In this document: positions 25,345 through 34,371 of the stretch, piece by piece
Layout of the letters: each line of letters starts with the position of its first letter
How positions within the stretch are numbered: the stretch's first letter is position 1
Virus record (IMG/VR): IMGVR_UViG_3300044797_000084
Span: 1 to 53,201 of that record
Length of the DNA stretch: 53,201 bases
Origin: a virus
Taxonomy: Duplodnaviria; Caudoviricetes
Reading direction: 5' to 3' (one strand)
Made by a program: the position numbers and the translations under genes
The notes under the pieces: generated by a model
Told to the model about the DNA's origin: nothing
What the model saw: only the letters and a program-made list of their open reading frames with translations
Database searches by the model: none

Positions 25345-25599
25345 GTGGCACCGGAGCCGGAAGGGACCGACCCGCAGCTCGACGCGAAGCGGCTCAGGCG
25401 GCGGCAGATCGACCACGAGGCCACCCGCGTATGTGTGGGATGCAGCGGTCGTCGACGCCGCGTCATCGACGATCCGATCACCATCCCCCTCACGGGCCAT
25501 CCCCTCTTGCCGAAAGCGATCAGCATCCTGGCGGTCGTCTGCGACGACTGCGGTCTCGTCTGCTTCTACTCGACGCAAGAGAGTTCTCCTTCCGGCTAG
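25345..25599 (+). CDS. Zn-ribbon protein, paralog B
   Basis: CVGC...VVCDDCG; shares a 34-bp promoter/start block with 13961. Confidence 0.65.
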   Translation: MAPEPEGTDPQLDAKRLRRRQIDHEATRVCVGCSGRRRRVIDDPITIPLTGHPLLPKAISILAVVCDDCGLVCFYSTQESSPSG

Positions 25600-25630
25600 T
25601 AGTGTAGTTGCGCGGGCAACCGCGCAGGGT

Positions 25631-26107
25631 CTAGGCGTCGCCGAGCACCAGCCGGAGCTGGCCTACGAGCGCCTGCAACTCGCGTGGGTGCGTGAAGCAA
25701 TCGACGGGCAGCAGGATGCCAATCATGGGGTCCTCGGGGGCGATCTTCTTCGCCTGCTCGAGCAGCGTGTTGTACACCTCCGCGAGAGCCCCTATCTGCG
25801 GCACGCTGCTCTCTGCGAGCCTCCCGAGGTCCTCGTAGAGCTGGACTGCCTGGGCGCGCGGATCGGTCAGCGACGCCGTCGAACCTCCTGTATCGGCAGC
25901 GGCGCCTGCGCGCACCAGAAACCAGCCGAGTTCTCGAGCATTCGCGGCGACGTCACTCGGGTTCATGCCGTACCGGTTGATAACGAGCCCGGATCCGGCG
26001 TAGGTCGTCTTTGCGCGAGCGGGCTCGGGCTCGTCGGCCACAAGACCGGCGGGAACCGCCGCGCGTTGCTCCCAACTCATGTGGCGGCTGTCGTCGTCGG
26101 CTGACAT
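25631..26107 (-). CDS. 158-aa protein carrying a copy of the tape-measure C-terminal motif
   Basis: AGGAGG RBS; YAGSGLVINRYGMNPSDVAANARELGWFL vs TMP YAGSGLVVNQYGMNPEDAAANASELGWVL. Confidence 0.75.
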   Translation of the reverse strand: MSADDDSRHMSWEQRAAVPAGLVADEPEPARAKTTYAGSGLVINRYGMNPSDVAANARELGWFLVRAGAAADTGGSTASLTDPRAQAVQLYEDLGRLAESSVPQIGALAEVYNTLLEQAKKIAPEDPMIGILLPVDCFTHPRELQALVGQLRLVLGDA

Positions 26108-26145
26108 CGATGCCTCCTGTTGATCGAAAAGGAAAGGACTCTCAG

Positions 26146-26373
26146 ATGAACAAGCCTGGTCAAGCAAAACCGAAGCGTGCGCGCCGTCAATACGCCGCTT
26201 TCGTGCTCAAGGCGTGGACCAAAGAGACGCTAGCAATACGCATTTGCACGACACTCGACCCATACCCGGCTGACGCGATCGTCAGCATCACGAGCAACGT
26301 TGACTTTCAGTTCGGCTGGCCGTTTCGTCGCAACTGGGCTCTAATCATCGTGAGGCGCCCCGATGCGGAATAG
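26146..26373 (+). CDS. 75-aa hypothetical protein
   Basis: AGGAAAGGA RBS. Confidence 0.6.
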   Translation: MNKPGQAKPKRARRQYAAFVLKAWTKETLAIRICTTLDPYPADAIVSITSNVDFQFGWPFRRNWALIIVRRPDAE

Positions 26374-26403
26374 CGCTTCGCTCCACCAAAGAAAGGCCTC
26401 ACC

Positions 26404-26607
26404 ATGATGTTGTTCGCGCTGCTATTTCTGCTCGTGCTTACTTCAACCATCTGGGTCGGCTTCGATGCTGCTGGCCGTGACTGGACCGAGCACCGACATG
26501 GCCACAATGTTGTCGAGTGGGTGGTCGGATGCTTGCTGGTGTGGATCATCGTGTTCCCGATGTATGTTGCCACGCGCTCTCATGCACCACTCAAGAACCA
26601 GCGTTAG
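26404..26607 (+). CDS. Small 2-TM membrane protein
   Basis: IWV..DA...W....LLVWII.FP.Y pattern. Confidence 0.7.
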   Translation: MMLFALLFLLVLTSTIWVGFDAAGRDWTEHRHGHNVVEWVVGCLLVWIIVFPMYVATRSHAPLKNQR

Positions 26608-26674
26608 GACCCTGGCGAATAGCGACAACATCGCGGTCGTGGCTCAATAGGACTCCGCGAGGACCACTGAGCGG

Positions 26675-27796
26675 CTAGAGCTCGTAGTAGCAGACTCCCA
26701 CATTTGTCAGCGAGCCTTCCGTTACATTCAGTTTCCACGCCACGCCCGGTGGAATGATTGGTACGGATAGCGAGAATATCTGTTCGTTGGTACTAGGTTC
26801 CACTCTCAGAGATGCAACGCCTCCACTGCCGATTTTGATCGTTACCTCCACCCGTTCTGATCTGGCCGTCGTGAGGTTGAACACTGCGGCGACCGGACGG
26901 ATAGCGTTAGGCGTCTTGCCCGCGACGCCTTCGGCCTGCGTGTAGTTGTTTTGCAGGCCCCATGGTTCTGGACGCTGAGGTTCACCTGCCACGATAAGCC
27001 AGTTAAGCCCGTCGGAGATGAATTCAACGTGCTGGCGTACCGCGAGCGAGCAGCTAGTAACCCCTTGCAGGAAGTCGCCGAAAATCTCTTCGCCGTTGAC
27101 GCATTCCACCGTGACGGCCCCCCCGCCAGCAGCAGCCCCGACGCGCTGGGAGACGGCTCCTGCTGCGGCCGGGAGTTTCACCGTGATCGGCCCGGAGGAC
27201 TCGATTAGCTGGCCATATTGGGCGGTTACATTGCTAGCGGCGATTACGACAGCGAGTTGCACCAGGCTACCGAGCACACGGCTGGCCACGTTCCTGATGT
27301 CGGTGTTGGTGATGGTCGTGGCAGCAGCGGGCACGAGCACGTAGGCCAAGGTGATGCTGTTTTTCGGTGCGGCGGCGACCCCTTCAAGGTTGGTCAGGGT
27401 GGCGCCGGCTTTCGCGGTGCCTTCCTTGACTTCGATCTTGGCTTCGTTTTTTGAGCCTTCATAGCTTTCGTCGAAGACCGTGGCGACGATCCGTTCGATG
27501 CGCGGGTTAGACCCGTTGGCTGCGGCGAGCGTGAACGTGGCGGCAGCGGTGTTGCGGAAGTAGTAGCCCGATTGTGTGGCTGACACGTTGCCGGGGATGA
27601 TCGCCTCGCCTTGGGCGACTTCGATTTTCAGCCCGGACCCTTGGTAGGTGACCTGGAGGTCGGTCGCGGCGACCAGGCCGCCGAGCACCGAGCCGATCGT
27701 GGCTCCTCGGGCGAGCATGAAGTTGATCGCCCTTCTCGTTCGCTCGGCGGATTCGCCCGCCGAGTTATCTTGCAAGCCGAACGCTTCTTGCGTCAT
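26675..27796 (-). CDS. Minor tail/fibre-associated protein
   Basis: L.V..G.A.I.G...AA.GSNPRIERIVA.V.D...LAYVLVPA actinophage minor-tail motif; GAAGGGAG RBS. Confidence 0.8.
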   Translation of the reverse strand: MTQEAFGLQDNSAGESAERTRRAINFMLARGATIGSVLGGLVAATDLQVTYQGSGLKIEVAQGEAIIPGNVSATQSGYYFRNTAAATFTLAAANGSNPRIERIVATVFDESYEGSKNEAKIEVKEGTAKAGATLTNLEGVAAAPKNSITLAYVLVPAAATTITNTDIRNVASRVLGSLVQLAVVIAASNVTAQYGQLIESSGPITVKLPAAAGAVSQRVGAAAGGGAVTVECVNGEEIFGDFLQGVTSCSLAVRQHVEFISDGLNWLIVAGEPQRPEPWGLQNNYTQAEGVAGKTPNAIRPVAAVFNLTTARSERVEVTIKIGSGGVASLRVEPSTNEQIFSLSVPIIPPGVAWKLNVTEGSLTNVGVCYYEL

Positions 27797-27850
27797 GGCT
27801 GACTCCCTTCTCGGCTAAAGCGTTGGTGCGCGTGGGTCGATGCGCTCGCG

Positions 27851-28084
27851 ATGGAAACCCTGCGCGACGAAATCAAAGAGCTGCTAGACGCGCCCGTCAG
27901 GCTGACCGAGTTCGGACGCACCAACTGGCTCGAAGGCGCAGACGCGATCGATCGCGTCGCAGAGGATCTGGACTTCGAGACGTTTCATCTTGAGTTTCGC
28001 CTGCTTGTCTTTGCGCTTGATGAAGGCAAGCGGGCCGCGATTCTTAGGCTTGCCCGTGAGATTGAGCATCTGCGAGATAACTGA
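27851..28084 (+). CDS. 77-aa acidic helical protein
   Basis: Protein-like ORF; overlaps the antisense ORF 27884-28225. Confidence 0.5.
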   Translation: METLRDEIKELLDAPVRLTEFGRTNWLEGADAIDRVAEDLDFETFHLEFRLLVFALDEGKRAAILRLAREIEHLRDN

Positions 28085-28225
28085 GTGCGCACATGCCCAG
28101 TCGCAGAAGTGCAGCGACCGCCCCGACCGCCCCGTGATCGTGACGAACCGGCCGACCTTATCCTGGTGATTGCATCCCGCGGCGTCGCAGCGGAAGAGCG
28201 GTTCGGCGCCATCCTCTTGCGTGAT
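27884..28225 (-). CDS. TRASH/MYM-like Zn-finger protein with probable ATC start
   Basis: GGAGGTGA-tgacct-ATC; FRCDAAGCN...LHFCDWACA, paralog of 28485-28688. Confidence 0.5.
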   Translation of the reverse strand: MTQEDGAEPLFRCDAAGCNHQDKVGRFVTITGRSGRSLHFCDWACAHSVISQMLNLTGKPKNRGPLAFIKRKDKQAKLKMKRLEVQILCDAIDRVCAFEPVGASELGQPDGRV

Positions 28226-28330
28226 AGGTCATCACCTCCGTTCCGTTGTAGACGCGGCTAGCCAGAGCGCAGCGCCGTGTTCGAGACTGCTCTGCGCAAT
28301 GTCGACCCCTTCAATGCGAGGTGACAGCCG

Positions 28331-28507
28331 ATGTATTTCCTGATCGTGAAAACCGAGCATGGCTACCACGCTCGCCTCTATGACGAGAACAACAAGCTGC
28401 TGTTCTGGAGCAAGGACTACCCGTCGGAACGAGCAGCGGTCGCTATCTGCTCGACCACTCGGCAAACGATGACGCCCGAGACGCCTATCCGCACGGAATC
28501 ACGGTAG
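28331..28507 (+). CDS. DUF1508/YegP-like protein (58 aa)
   Basis: MYFLI...Y.ARL...N...L..SKDY.S..AA; GAGGTG RBS. Confidence 0.65.
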   Translation: MYFLIVKTEHGYHARLYDENNKLLFWSKDYPSERAAVAICSTTRQTMTPETPIRTESR

Positions 28508-28688
28508 GCGGGGGAAACTTCGCTGCGTACTTGAGGGCGCAGTTCCAGGTGCAGAAGTGCAGGACGTGGGGCTTGTGCCCCGTTTCGGTTACGAGTAGCC
28601 AGCCGGGGCACTCTGGCTCCGTGTAGAGCGAGCTGACGTTCGTGTTGCATCCCTCGGCATCGCAGTAGAAGACGCGCTCGATGCTCAC
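28485..28688 (-). CDS. TRASH/MYM-like Zn-finger protein
   Basis: FYCDAEGCN...LHFCTWNCA. Confidence 0.65.
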   Translation of the reverse strand: MSIERVFYCDAEGCNTNVSSLYTEPECPGWLLVTETGHKPHVLHFCTWNCALKYAAKFPPPTVIPCG

Positions 28689-28772
28689 TGTGCCGACCCC
28701 CCGGTGGGGGAGGGAGGCAGGTCTCCAGAACATGCATTATCGAGCGTTGACAGTTGCGCCACGAGCGGTCTC

Positions 28773-29321
28773 CTATTCCGTGAGGCTGAATGTGATGCCG
28801 TCAAACCCGTAGTAGTCGCCGGTCGAGAGGTTGCTGTTGGGCTGGCATTCGCCGGAACTGAGAACGATGAGCGATGGTGCGCTAGCGGTCGAGATCGGAG
28901 CGATCGGCATGAACCGGTTGAACGACGGCCGGTAGCCCACAGGGAGCGTGAAGATGGTGGTGTTGGCCGGGACTTCAGCAGTCGTTTTGATTGCGCCGGT
29001 GAACCGCACGTTGGCGCCCATCTCGCGTCGGACCGCCACTCCGCCTTCGATTTTCGCCGAGACGTTTTCCACACCGACCCACGGTCCGACCCCCGGCAGC
29101 TCAACCCACAAGCTGTCTACCAGCACCGCGATCCCGAAGCCCGTCAGGCCCGTGCTTTCGCCTTTGGGGGTCGATGCGAGGTTCCCGATGATCGCTCGGC
29201 AGACGCCTTCGCTATCGACGATGTATTCGGTCTGGCCTGCCTTGAGTGCTTGGACGTCGCCGGAGAGCTGGGCGAGCTTTTGACCGAGCCACTGGCCTGC
29301 GGGTTCTGCGTAGCCGGGCAT
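28773..29321 (-). CDS. Minor tail protein
   Basis: V.F.G.I.....IFTLPVGYRP...FDGITF C-terminal domain. Confidence 0.8.
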   Translation of the reverse strand: MPGYAEPAGQWLGQKLAQLSGDVQALKAGQTEYIVDSEGVCRAIIGNLASTPKGESTGLTGFGIAVLVDSLWVELPGVGPWVGVENVSAKIEGGVAVRREMGANVRFTGAIKTTAEVPANTTIFTLPVGYRPSFNRFMPIAPISTASAPSLIVLSSGECQPNSNLSTGDYYGFDGITFSLTE

Positions 29322-30796
29322 TAGATCGTCGGGTTCAGGGCTTGGAGAAGCGGGGGGCGACCGAGCGTTAGCTTGACCACGGCGTCGCCCTGGTCGGCTA
29401 CTTCGCAGCTCCAGGCGATGATGCGGAACTCCCGTTCAAGGCCCTGCGGGAATCTCGGGTCGTACACTTCGCCTGTGGGCGCCGTTTCGGGGATGAACAA
29501 CTTGATGTCGTCGCCGACGGTGAACGAGCCGAGCGGAAGGTTTGGGTCGTTTACACCGATCGTGATGGTGGGCGTGACCGGCGCGTAGCTGTAGATCGCT
29601 AGGTCTGAGAAGCCGATCTGTTCGAGCAGCCCCTCGATGTTCTGGGACTGGATGCTCGCCCGGGAGATGACGCGCTCCCACAGCGGGTAGCCCTGTTCCT
29701 GCGTGGCAGGGTTGAATTCGCTGACGCTGATTGCGCCGGAGCCTCCAAGCTCGTAGATTCGGTTGGCGGTCTGTGTGCCGTCCTCGGGGAATTCGTAGCC
29801 CCGTGCTGTGGTGACATCCACCATCAGCCCGTTTTGGGCGAACGTCCGGCCGCGTCTGGGGTAGCTGATGTTGATCGTGCCGACCGGCGGCGAGCCTGGG
29901 CCTTCGCTGTAGGCGACGTCGACCCCGAAGTCAAAGCCGACGCCCAACCCGAGCTGGGCGAGCTGGGAGACGATCGTGTCAACGGTCTGCATCGACGTGA
30001 ACGGGTAGCTGACCGCGATGTAGTCGCCCACCCCCGCGGCTGGTTCGGAGCCGGATGGCACTTGGCCGTTAAGCTTCAGTTCCAGGCCGCCAAGGAGATC
30101 TCCGTAGGGCTGCAGCGACCCGTCTGAGTAGCCGATCGCGTCCGCGATGATCTGGCAGGCGATCAGCGAGGCATCCCATGGGGTCTGTGTCCAGTAGGAC
30201 ATGGGGGAGCTGTCGCCGGTGATCCCTGAGTAGGGCGGGCTTGAGTAGTCGGTCGCCTGCACCCTGTTTTGAAAGTAGAACCAAGCCTCCGAGCAGGACA
30301 CTTCCAGCAGGCCCGTCGTGGACTGCAATGAGGCTTCGACCTTCCATTTGCGGGGCAGCACGATGCCTCCCCACTGCACCGACTGCAGATAGTCCACCAC
30401 GATCAACGTCCGGTTGGGCACCGTGCAGTTGAGCGGTTCAGTCGTCTGCACCCGCGGGTCACGCAAGTCGAGCGTGCTCTGAAACGTGCCGGGCGTGTTG
30501 AGCTGCTGGCCGAACGTCACACCCCGCAGCGGGAGCTGGCCCAGAAACCGGCCGGTCAACAGGTCATAGGCCAAGTAGCTGAACGGGTTGCCGTGGACAG
30601 CGACGCCGGTGGCGGCGACTTCCGAGACGGGTTCCGGGCTAGGTTCAGGTTCGGGCGCCAAGCCGGGCTGGCCGCCGCCGTAGTAGTAGCCGCCGTAGAG
30701 GGCCGCTCCGAATGGCGCCTGGTTGTATTCGCCGGCTCCGTCGACGGTGAAGTCGCCAACGATCAGGCCGTCGCCGACGACCGGCCCCGAGGGCAC
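29321..30796 (-). CDS. Baseplate hub/Tal-like minor tail protein
   Basis: YLAYDLLTG...LPL..V.F...LNTPG...WGGIV...TANR; position in the tail module. Confidence 0.8.
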   Translation of the reverse strand: MPSGPVVGDGLIVGDFTVDGAGEYNQAPFGAALYGGYYYGGGQPGLAPEPEPSPEPVSEVAATGVAVHGNPFSYLAYDLLTGRFLGQLPLRGVTFGQQLNTPGTFQSTLDLRDPRVQTTEPLNCTVPNRTLIVVDYLQSVQWGGIVLPRKWKVEASLQSTTGLLEVSCSEAWFYFQNRVQATDYSSPPYSGITGDSSPMSYWTQTPWDASLIACQIIADAIGYSDGSLQPYGDLLGGLELKLNGQVPSGSEPAAGVGDYIAVSYPFTSMQTVDTIVSQLAQLGLGVGFDFGVDVAYSEGPGSPPVGTINISYPRRGRTFAQNGLMVDVTTARGYEFPEDGTQTANRIYELGGSGAISVSEFNPATQEQGYPLWERVISRASIQSQNIEGLLEQIGFSDLAIYSYAPVTPTITIGVNDPNLPLGSFTVGDDIKLFIPETAPTGEVYDPRFPQGLEREFRIIAWSCEVADQGDAVVKLTLGRPPLLQALNPTI

Positions 30797-30799
30797 GGG

Positions 30800-31129
30800 C
30801 TAGCCTTTCTTGGGTTTGGCGCGTCTCTGAGCCCGGTTGGGCTGAGCGGCGTCCAGCTCGCCCTGCCATTTGCGCATCTCCTCCGGGAACGTCTTAGACA
30901 CGTAGGTCTCCCAGTTGTCGACGGCGATCCGCACCGCCGGATGCTCCACCTTCTCCAGTGTCTCGCCGTCGTCGTAGACGATCTCGGGCTGGATGAGGTA
31001 GTGGCTGGGCTGCCCCAGAGGCTGCTTGTGGTAGGTCTTCCAGTCCTTGGGGGCGACCGCGACCGGCTCGAACTGGGGTTGGACGTGCATCGTGACCAAA
31101 CGCACGGTCTTTTTGCGTGGTGTGGTCAT
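30800..31129 (-). CDS. Hypothetical protein
   Basis: Coupled; ends with an NRAQRR motif. Confidence 0.65.
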   Translation of the reverse strand: MTTPRKKTVRLVTMHVQPQFEPVAVAPKDWKTYHKQPLGQPSHYLIQPEIVYDDGETLEKVEHPAVRIAVDNWETYVSKTFPEEMRKWQGELDAAQPNRAQRRAKPKKG

Positions 31130-31455
31130 GACGCACCTGCGTCTGACGCCATGCGTTCGAGCCAGCCTTCTGTGCTGAGATCAATGAACTTGCGGAGCGC
31201 CGCATACATGTCCTCAGCTAGCGTCTTGTCTTCTAGCCGCACTCCCGCGATCTCAACGATGCCATGGCCGTCGATGACCCCCTCTAGGGCGCGCTCGCCG
31301 ATGCCGATGCAATACGACGCCGTAGACCCCGGACCGATATCTGGTCCCGCGTCCACGCCGATCAGGATGTTGTGGTGAGCCGCGCCATCGGACTCCACGT
31401 GCTGACCCGCTCGCAGCCCGATGAAGATGTTGTGCCCCCTGGCTTCTGTGCTCAT
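31126..31455 (-). CDS. Small protein with fibre-type N.x.IG repeats
   Basis: HNIFIG..AG, HNILIG..AG, CIGIG..AL; ATGA overlap with the fibre stop. Confidence 0.7.
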   Translation of the reverse strand: MSTEARGHNIFIGLRAGQHVESDGAAHHNILIGVDAGPDIGPGSTASYCIGIGERALEGVIDGHGIVEIAGVRLEDKTLAEDMYAALRKFIDLSTEGWLERMASDAGAS

Positions 31456-33455
31456 GCCGTCAGCCCGCTTTCGTGTGCCCATTTGGAGAACTTTTCGCAG
31501 AACTTCACGACCGCCAACGCCTGCGCTTCCGTTTCAAAACCATAAGGCGTGACTTTGGTGGCTTTCAGCGCCCCGGTTTCCAGGCTTTCGGCGACGAGCG
31601 TCGCGGGCGCTTTGCCATTGAACCCGAGCTTGGCGGCGTTGAGCGCAAGTTCCGCGTTGGGGAATTTACCGGTGATGAGCCCCGCCGCTTCTGAGTTGTG
31701 CGCCCCCATCGAGATGATCAGCCGGTTTTCGTAGGACGCTTCCGCCGTGCCGGTGCCGGCGAACGTGCCGATAAACACGTTTTTGGATTTCGTGTTGGCC
31801 TGCCCGGCGTTGCAGCCGATGAAGATGTTCTGGCTGTTAGCGCTGCCACCCGCTTCGTTGCCGAGGATCACATTCAACGCGCCTTCGCCCGTCGGCGTCT
31901 GCAGGGTGCTGACCCCGACCGCCACGTTGTCTGACCCCTGGGCGCCTTTGCCGGCGTAGGTCCCGACGAACACGTTGCGGCTCGTCGCGGTGCCCGCAAA
32001 CCCGGACTGCCAGCCAATCGCGACATTAGCGAACCCGGCTCTCAGTTCCGCGCAGGATTCATGGCCGATCGCCACGCAGTTGCTTGTTTCCGTACCGCCG
32101 CGCAACGCTTCGGTGCCGAGCGCGATGTTTTCTTCCCCGCGAGTGATGCCGAACCCGACCCGCTCGCCGATCAGGATGTTCCCACCCCCGGTGGTGAGGC
32201 TGTTCGCGGCGGTGCGGCCGATGATGATGTTGTCTTCGGTGGATTCCGAGACCTGCATTCTCGTGGTCGCGGGTTTCATGGTGCCCGCCAAGGTCACGAG
32301 TTTGGGCATTTCTGATTTAGCGAGGCCGGCTTCTTCCAGGGCTTTTTCTTCGGCGCTTGAGAACGTGCCGTTCGCTACCGCGATCACGTTGGTGTAGGAG
32401 ATCGGGTAGCCGCGTCCCTTGACGAGCTTGAATTTTGTGCCCGTGAACCCAGTCCAGCTCTGGCGAACTTCATGCGTGACGCCGACACACCAGTACAGCA
32501 CTTCGGTTTCCAGGCCGCACCCTGGCGTGACTTCGGTGAAGGTCACGTTCGGCACGTTGTCGAGGTGCCAGTTTTCTTCGTTCTGGCCGGAGGGCGTCGT
32601 GAATTCGGTTTTGCCGCTCGCGAGTTCCGCCCCAGGCGCAATAGGGCCAGCGATGATGCCGCTCAGGTGCTGCCCGGCGTTTTCGCCGATCAGGATGTGG
32701 CTGTTGTGTTTTTCCTGTTCGATGCGCGACAGGCCGAGCAGCGTTTCGCCTGCGCCCGGGCCGATCGCCATGCTTCCGCCCTGGAAGCTGTAGCGCAGAT
32801 GCACTTTGCTTTCGATTTCGCTTGAGCCGACCGTGCCGCCCGCGCTGTTGGTGTTCCATACCTGGGCGGTCGTCCCGACGATCACCCGCGTTTTGTTCTC
32901 GAAGTCCCAGATCGAGCCCTTGTATTCTTTGCCTTCCGCGACAGCGACCGTCACGCCCAACGGCAGTTCTTTCCCCGTTTCAAAGCCTGCCGGTCGCACC
33001 CACGCCCCGGACTTCACTTCCCATAGACCACGTTCTTTTTCGTTGGTCTGAAACGGCACAAGGACGATGTTCCCTTCGATGATCGCCACTTCGTCGGTCT
33101 GGCTTTTCGCGGGGATGCCGGAGAGCGTGGAGTTGACGGTCACCACGGCGACCGCGCCGGGTAGTTCGGCCTTTTTGACTGCTTCCTGCGCGAGCGTTTC
33201 CGCTTCAGCTTTGCTGAGCCCCGCGCCCGTGCTCCATTCCGCTGTCCCGTTTTCTTTCCACTTCAGATACTGCCCCGTGGAGCCGCCCGTCGGGACGAGC
33301 CGTTTAGAGACGGCCGTTGCTAGCTGGCTTTCGGTGATTGCCCCCGTGCCAAGCATCGTGTTGGCGATCGTTTCGAGGTCGTCGCCGTATTCGTTGAAGA
33401 GTTCGGCATTGGCTTTCGTGACGCCGTTGACGACGACAGGCTTGAGAAGCGTCAT
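31452..33455 (-). CDS. Tail fibre/adhesin with YadA-head-like beta-roll repeats
   Basis: ~12 N-x-x-I/V-G repeats at a 13-14 aa period; VLV..QT...ERGLW N-terminal domain; AGGAGG RBS. Confidence 0.8.
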   Translation of the reverse strand: MTLLKPVVVNGVTKANAELFNEYGDDLETIANTMLGTGAITESQLATAVSKRLVPTGGSTGQYLKWKENGTAEWSTGAGLSKAEAETLAQEAVKKAELPGAVAVVTVNSTLSGIPAKSQTDEVAIIEGNIVLVPFQTNEKERGLWEVKSGAWVRPAGFETGKELPLGVTVAVAEGKEYKGSIWDFENKTRVIVGTTAQVWNTNSAGGTVGSSEIESKVHLRYSFQGGSMAIGPGAGETLLGLSRIEQEKHNSHILIGENAGQHLSGIIAGPIAPGAELASGKTEFTTPSGQNEENWHLDNVPNVTFTEVTPGCGLETEVLYWCVGVTHEVRQSWTGFTGTKFKLVKGRGYPISYTNVIAVANGTFSSAEEKALEEAGLAKSEMPKLVTLAGTMKPATTRMQVSESTEDNIIIGRTAANSLTTGGGNILIGERVGFGITRGEENIALGTEALRGGTETSNCVAIGHESCAELRAGFANVAIGWQSGFAGTATSRNVFVGTYAGKGAQGSDNVAVGVSTLQTPTGEGALNVILGNEAGGSANSQNIFIGCNAGQANTKSKNVFIGTFAGTGTAEASYENRLIISMGAHNSEAAGLITGKFPNAELALNAAKLGFNGKAPATLVAESLETGALKATKVTPYGFETEAQALAVVKFCEKFSKWAHESGLTA

Positions 33456-33465
33456 GACCAACCTC

Positions 33466-34356
33466 CTAAATGATCCACGCGCTCGCGTATTCGCAAAACA
33501 AGGTGCCTTGGCTGGCGAGAAACTGGATCGTCGAGACGCCAGGGTTGAGCGTCCACCACTTCGAGCCGGAGACCAGCAGTCCGGTCCTGGTCGACCCGGC
33601 GGTGCTTCCCGACGAGTACAGGATCGCGGTGTGCATGTCGGTGTCGACCACGAGTTTTTCGCCGGCATTCAGCGTCAAGTTGAAGGCGAGCGTCGGCCCA
33701 CCAGTCGCGGTGGCGTTCTGGATCGCCGGGTTCACGCACGGCCCTTCGACCGTCAGAATCGGCCGCGTCTCAATGTTTCCGGCGTTGTTGACCGCCAGCG
33801 CACCCGTGTAGCCGCCGCCGCCCCATTTCAGATTCCATTTCAGCGGCCACGTAAAGCCGCCCACACTCGTCGGCGGTTTGACCGACAGCTGCTGCGTCGG
33901 CGCATACCAGCGGGGGTCAGTGCCGGCGAACAAGAACATCACCTTCGCCAGGTTCCCCAGCGTAAACGTGATGTCCACCGGCATCTGGCGCTTACGGACA
34001 CGCACTAGCGTCGCCAGCGTTCCCCACGTGGTGGTGTTCAGAAACAGCGGGTACTGGATCGTGCCGCCCGGCACTGTGGCGTCTGAGCATTCCTGCCACG
34101 CCGCGGTGAACGTCCCGGTCGCGTTGTGCAGGTCGGCTTTGACGATGATTTCGCGCTCGCCCAACACGTCCAGGCCAGCGAACGCCCCATGGTCTCGTGC
34201 CCTGCCTGCGTCTCCGCTGCGCACGGCGGGCATGTCGATGCCTTCGAGCCCCGTGAGCTCCAGGTTCGTGCCGGGTCCGAGGCTCAACGCGTTGTTGAAG
34301 TTCATCTGCCACGCCGAGAGCGTCGGGATCGTGGACCCGTAGGGCAAGAATGCCAT
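33466..34356 (-). CDS. Distal tail protein (Dit)
   Basis: Follows the TMP; G..MP.VR..D..R..HG, DPRWY, N.G.IETRP..T..GP..NP, W..L.PG. Confidence 0.9.
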   Translation of the reverse strand: MAFLPYGSTIPTLSAWQMNFNNALSLGPGTNLELTGLEGIDMPAVRSGDAGRARDHGAFAGLDVLGEREIIVKADLHNATGTFTAAWQECSDATVPGGTIQYPLFLNTTTWGTLATLVRVRKRQMPVDITFTLGNLAKVMFLFAGTDPRWYAPTQQLSVKPPTSVGGFTWPLKWNLKWGGGGYTGALAVNNAGNIETRPILTVEGPCVNPAIQNATATGGPTLAFNLTLNAGEKLVVDTDMHTAILYSSGSTAGSTRTGLLVSGSKWWTLNPGVSTIQFLASQGTLFCEYASAWII

Positions 34357-34371
34357 GTGACCTCCCGGCCT

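Noticed and set aside
24806-26104. 432-aa plus-strand ORF
   Set aside because: R/S/A-rich, and spans an intergenic site and better-supported genes in other frames
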